Below the pieces are notes generated by a model that ran no database searches, had not been told where the DNA came from, and saw only the letters and a list, made by a program, of their open reading frames with translations. A DNA stretch of 37,659 bases from the IMG/VR virus record IMGVR_UViG_3300021959_000147, positions 1-37,659 of that record. One strand, 5' to 3'. The position numbers and the translations under genes were made by a program. Positions 34,895 through 37,659 of this stretch are shown piece after piece; positions within the stretch are counted from its first letter, which is position 1, and the number at the start of each line of letters is the position of its first letter. Source of the stretch: a virus (Duplodnaviria; Caudoviricetes).

Positions 34895-36582
34895 TCACGA
34901 GCCTTTCTGGCGAGCTCTTCTGCTCGCTCCCTGCGGAAGCCGATGCTTTCTTGAAGCTGTCGCGGCTCCGCGGGTGGTTTGGTATTCCTTGATCCCATCA
35001 CGAGACTCAACAGGGCGTCCGCTGTCACGCGGTCTCCGTGATTCATTTTCGCACCTGAGGGATCTGTGCCATGCGAACGCGAGTGCTCGATACCCCCTCC
35101 TGACGCATAGATGATCTCCCGGTGTTCTTTCAGCGCTTCAGCCGATCGATTGATAAACCTACCAGCGTACAACGCGTTTCGGTAGTTCCCGAAGAGGGTC
35201 ATCTTGGTATCTCGGGTCGGATACCAACCGAGAAGCTCGCTCTGCTTCTTGGAGAGGCGTCCCTCGCTCTCCCTCAGGTACACCTCGCGATATCCCAGCT
35301 CGTCGACGACCATGTCTCCGAAGATCCGGCCGGGGCCGGCGGCCTCCCAGATCATGAACGCACCTCGATTGTTGATCCCCCTGAACCACTTCGCGATCGC
35401 GACGGCGTAGGTCCCGAGCTGGTCCGGCCGAAGGTTCGGAACAGCGAACTCGCCCACCTTCTCTCCGGTCTTCTTATCACCAATAGAGAGCACCGAGTTG
35501 CTGGCGCCGGTCCCGGTCGCAATGTCGACGCCCATCGCGTACTCGCGGTCGCGGGGCAGATCGCCGGCGGCATCGGGATGAATCCATAGATGCAGCTGGC
35601 CCTTGGGATCGTCAACGAAGACACCTTCACCCTCCTGAAAGTCAATCCGACCGACCCGATACGGAGGGCATACGTTCTTTCCCGAAAGCTCGGAGAGCTT
35701 TTCGGGATCAAAGAACAAGCTCTGACTCGCGGAGAAGTCGATGTCCAGCTCTTGAGCGACTTCGACTGAAGAGATGCACCGCTTCACCTCGCGGTCGTAC
35801 CAAGGGGAACGCTGCTTCCCGTTCTCGGTGTACAAGCCCTCCGCCTTGATCGGATGCTGGCTCCAGTGCATTCGGATTCCGGAGATGTCCTTGTTCTCTG
35901 ACACCGCATGGAACGCGTTTCCGGTTCCGTTCGGGGTACTCATGAACACTCGGCACATCGTCGCGTCACGCGTCGACGACAGCACGCTGAACCCGTCCTG
36001 AAGATCGAACGCCGCGAACTCGTCAAGCAGGATCGCGGTTCGCCGGTCACCACGAGCCACCTGACCCGTCGTCGACTCGCCGTCGATCGACGATCCGGTC
36101 TGCCGGTTGGTCAACCGCAGCTTGTTCCGCTGGTAGTCGGGCAAGAGCCAAGACGGCAAGCAATCCAGAACATAGTCGAGCTTCCAGAACAGACTCTTCG
36201 AACCGCCGTCGACGTACGACTCGTTTCGAGACACCAACAGGTAGCTCTCTGCGATGCTCGCGAACAGCCATCTCCAGAGGAACGTGGTGAGCAGCAACCA
36301 CGATGCACCCATGTCCCGCGACTTCAGGATCTTGATGTCGCGAATCCCGATCGCGCCACGCATTTGCGACAAGGCTTCTCGTTGGTAGTCGTACAGGATG
36401 AACGGTTGGCGGCTCGGGCTTCGCCGCGGGTCGTACGTGAACGCGAAAGTGTCGAAGAAGAACTCCGGATCCTCCTTGCACATGTACCAAATCGCGTTCG
36501 CGTTCTCTTTCGACTGGTATCCGAACCGAATCACCTCAGCACGGAAGTCGAGGTTTGCTTTCGTTTCACGCGGTGCGGTCAC
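34888..36582 (-). CDS. terL: Terminase large subunit
   Basis: ILKSRDMGASW (Walker A), ILLDEFA (Walker B), MSTPNG, GVDIATG and HGDRVTA nuclease motifs. Confidence 0.95.
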   Translation of the reverse strand: MTAPRETKANLDFRAEVIRFGYQSKENANAIWYMCKEDPEFFFDTFAFTYDPRRSPSRQPFILYDYQREALSQMRGAIGIRDIKILKSRDMGASWLLLTTFLWRWLFASIAESYLLVSRNESYVDGGSKSLFWKLDYVLDCLPSWLLPDYQRNKLRLTNRQTGSSIDGESTTGQVARGDRRTAILLDEFAAFDLQDGFSVLSSTRDATMCRVFMSTPNGTGNAFHAVSENKDISGIRMHWSQHPIKAEGLYTENGKQRSPWYDREVKRCISSVEVAQELDIDFSASQSLFFDPEKLSELSGKNVCPPYRVGRIDFQEGEGVFVDDPKGQLHLWIHPDAAGDLPRDREYAMGVDIATGTGASNSVLSIGDKKTGEKVGEFAVPNLRPDQLGTYAVAIAKWFRGINNRGAFMIWEAAGPGRIFGDMVVDELGYREVYLRESEGRLSKKQSELLGWYPTRDTKMTLFGNYRNALYAGRFINRSAEALKEHREIIYASGGGIEHSRSHGTDPSGAKMNHGDRVTADALLSLVMGSRNTKPPAEPRQLQESIGFRRERAEELARKAREW

Positions 36583-37100
36583 GATTCATCCTTGATCGCC
36601 ATGTTCTTCACCTGTTGCACGATTCCAAGCAGTCGTTCTTCATCTTCGATCTGCCGGCCAGTTGTTTCGAGGTCTTTCTTCGCTGGGAGCATGATCGGTT
36701 TGTACAGCTCGCTCCAGAACTTCCCGGTGTTCGTCGCCGACGCCCTTGCCCAGATCATCATGTTCCACGATGTGAGACTCGGAGCGTTCTTCGCTTCGGC
36801 TTTCGGGTTGGTGAGGTTCTCTGCAACCCACCTGACGTTCCGAACATCCGTCGCCCCTTCACCGCTCTCGCCGCTGGGCGGCTCGGCGGCGGGTGTCTCC
36901 GGAGTCCATCCCGTCTTCTTCAGCCATTTGTCGACACGCGGGTCGTTTAATGCAATTCCAACCATCTCGTCCGCCCCGTCCTCTGCATCGATCGGCTCCA
37001 TCCCGTTCTCGCGGAGCTGGGCGTGGCTCGACTGCCAACGCCTACGGACTGCCGGGTAGTCATCGAGGAAGAGCGGTCTGATTTGACGCCATTGACTCAT
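36579..37100 (-). CDS. Hypothetical protein, candidate terminase small subunit (start uncertain)
   Basis: GTGA-coupled upstream of terL; ATG 37100 preferred because the 38 upstream codons look non-coding; function from position only. Confidence 0.5.
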   Translation of the reverse strand: MSQWRQIRPLFLDDYPAVRRRWQSSHAQLRENGMEPIDAEDGADEMVGIALNDPRVDKWLKKTGWTPETPAAEPPSGESGEGATDVRNVRWVAENLTNPKAEAKNAPSLTSWNMMIWARASATNTGKFWSELYKPIMLPAKKDLETTGRQIEDEERLLGIVQQVKNMAIKDES

Positions 37101-37659
37101 GGGGCTAGGTTCCGAAACTGGTAGTGCTGGATATCCAATACTCCGACGCCACGATCGGACAGCTTCAGGGCTTCGTGGTCGCCTCTTCCTTGCGGCGTCG
37201 TAGCAAGTCACCACCGCACCGGGTCGCCTGACGACTTCACTGCCCGGGTGTCTGGATCGTACAGGCTAGGTGGCAGGTTGGGAGGAATCCCGGACGACCT
37301 GAACCAATGGTCCGGGACGCATCCGCCTGTCCGAAACTGGGTGGCATCGCTTCGATTTCCTGTTTTTGCAGGGAGTCGCTGCGCCGTCCTCGCTGGGCAA
37401 CATCGTTGAACGTCTCTCGCATTGCTACCGCTCGCCGGCCCCCAAGGGCCGGGCGGCGAAAGCGATGCCGTCGACTGCGAAACCTGTAACAGTTCGAAAA
37501 GGCTCCAATTGGCGGAGAGCTAAATCTGTATCGTCCGCCGGCGGGGCGGGTCCGACTCGCATTCGCTCGCGACCCCTCCGAGCGAACGAACGGGCTAGCG
37601 CCCTCGCTCCGCTCGGTTCTACTACTCTGATCCCCCCCCTCTCAGTCTCCCCACCCCTG

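Larger units (their letters stand above)
1..37659. mobile_element. Tailed bacteriophage (Caudoviricetes) genome or large fragment; podovirus-like head/ejection architecture
   Basis: Terminase, portal, scaffold, capsid, adaptor, tail fibres, RecE/ERF/SSB/RusA; no host housekeeping genes; tightly overlapping genes. Confidence 0.96.

Noticed and set aside
37228-37337. Hammerhead-like CTGACGA ... GAAAC
   Set aside because: Bases that should close stem II are C and C, and flanking stems I/III were not found
1-37659. CRISPR array, tRNA genes or stop-codon reassignment
   Set aside because: No regularly spaced repeats or cloverleaf seen by eye; genes tile the window under the standard code

Overview
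The window looks like most of a tailed dsDNA phage genome (high GC, standard genetic code, dense TAATG/TGATG/ATGA gene overlaps); it starts inside a gene and may be incomplete. Almost all genes are on the minus strand. From the right end: probable small terminase, large terminase, portal, four tiny very basic proteins, scaffold, major capsid protein, a decoration-like protein and a terminator; then a recombination/replication block (RecE-like exonuclease, ERF, SSB, HTH proteins, RusA) behind an apparently leaderless sigma70 promoter; then tail fibres, a dockerin-bearing secreted protein, membrane/lysis candidates, a podovirus-type adaptor, small tail-like genes and a 3927-aa polyvalent protein; finally an RHH-like gene and a protein resembling sigma70 region 2 alone, converging on a short plus-strand block. 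The dockerin-like tail suggests a planctomycete (Phycisphaerae-like) host, which is an inference. The most striking signal is in the giant protein: seven copies of a short motif, [ILV]-[ED]-[MYF]-[QM]-x-R, fall at the boundaries between its domains (HExxH zincin, HDxxGH domain, glycosylase-like domain, two ART-like domains, ParB-like domain, LPD38 region), suggesting a processed or modular injected polyprotein. No integrase, DNA polymerase, clear endolysin, tRNA, CRISPR array or reverse transcriptase was recognised. All family calls are by-eye motif recognition, not database searches.
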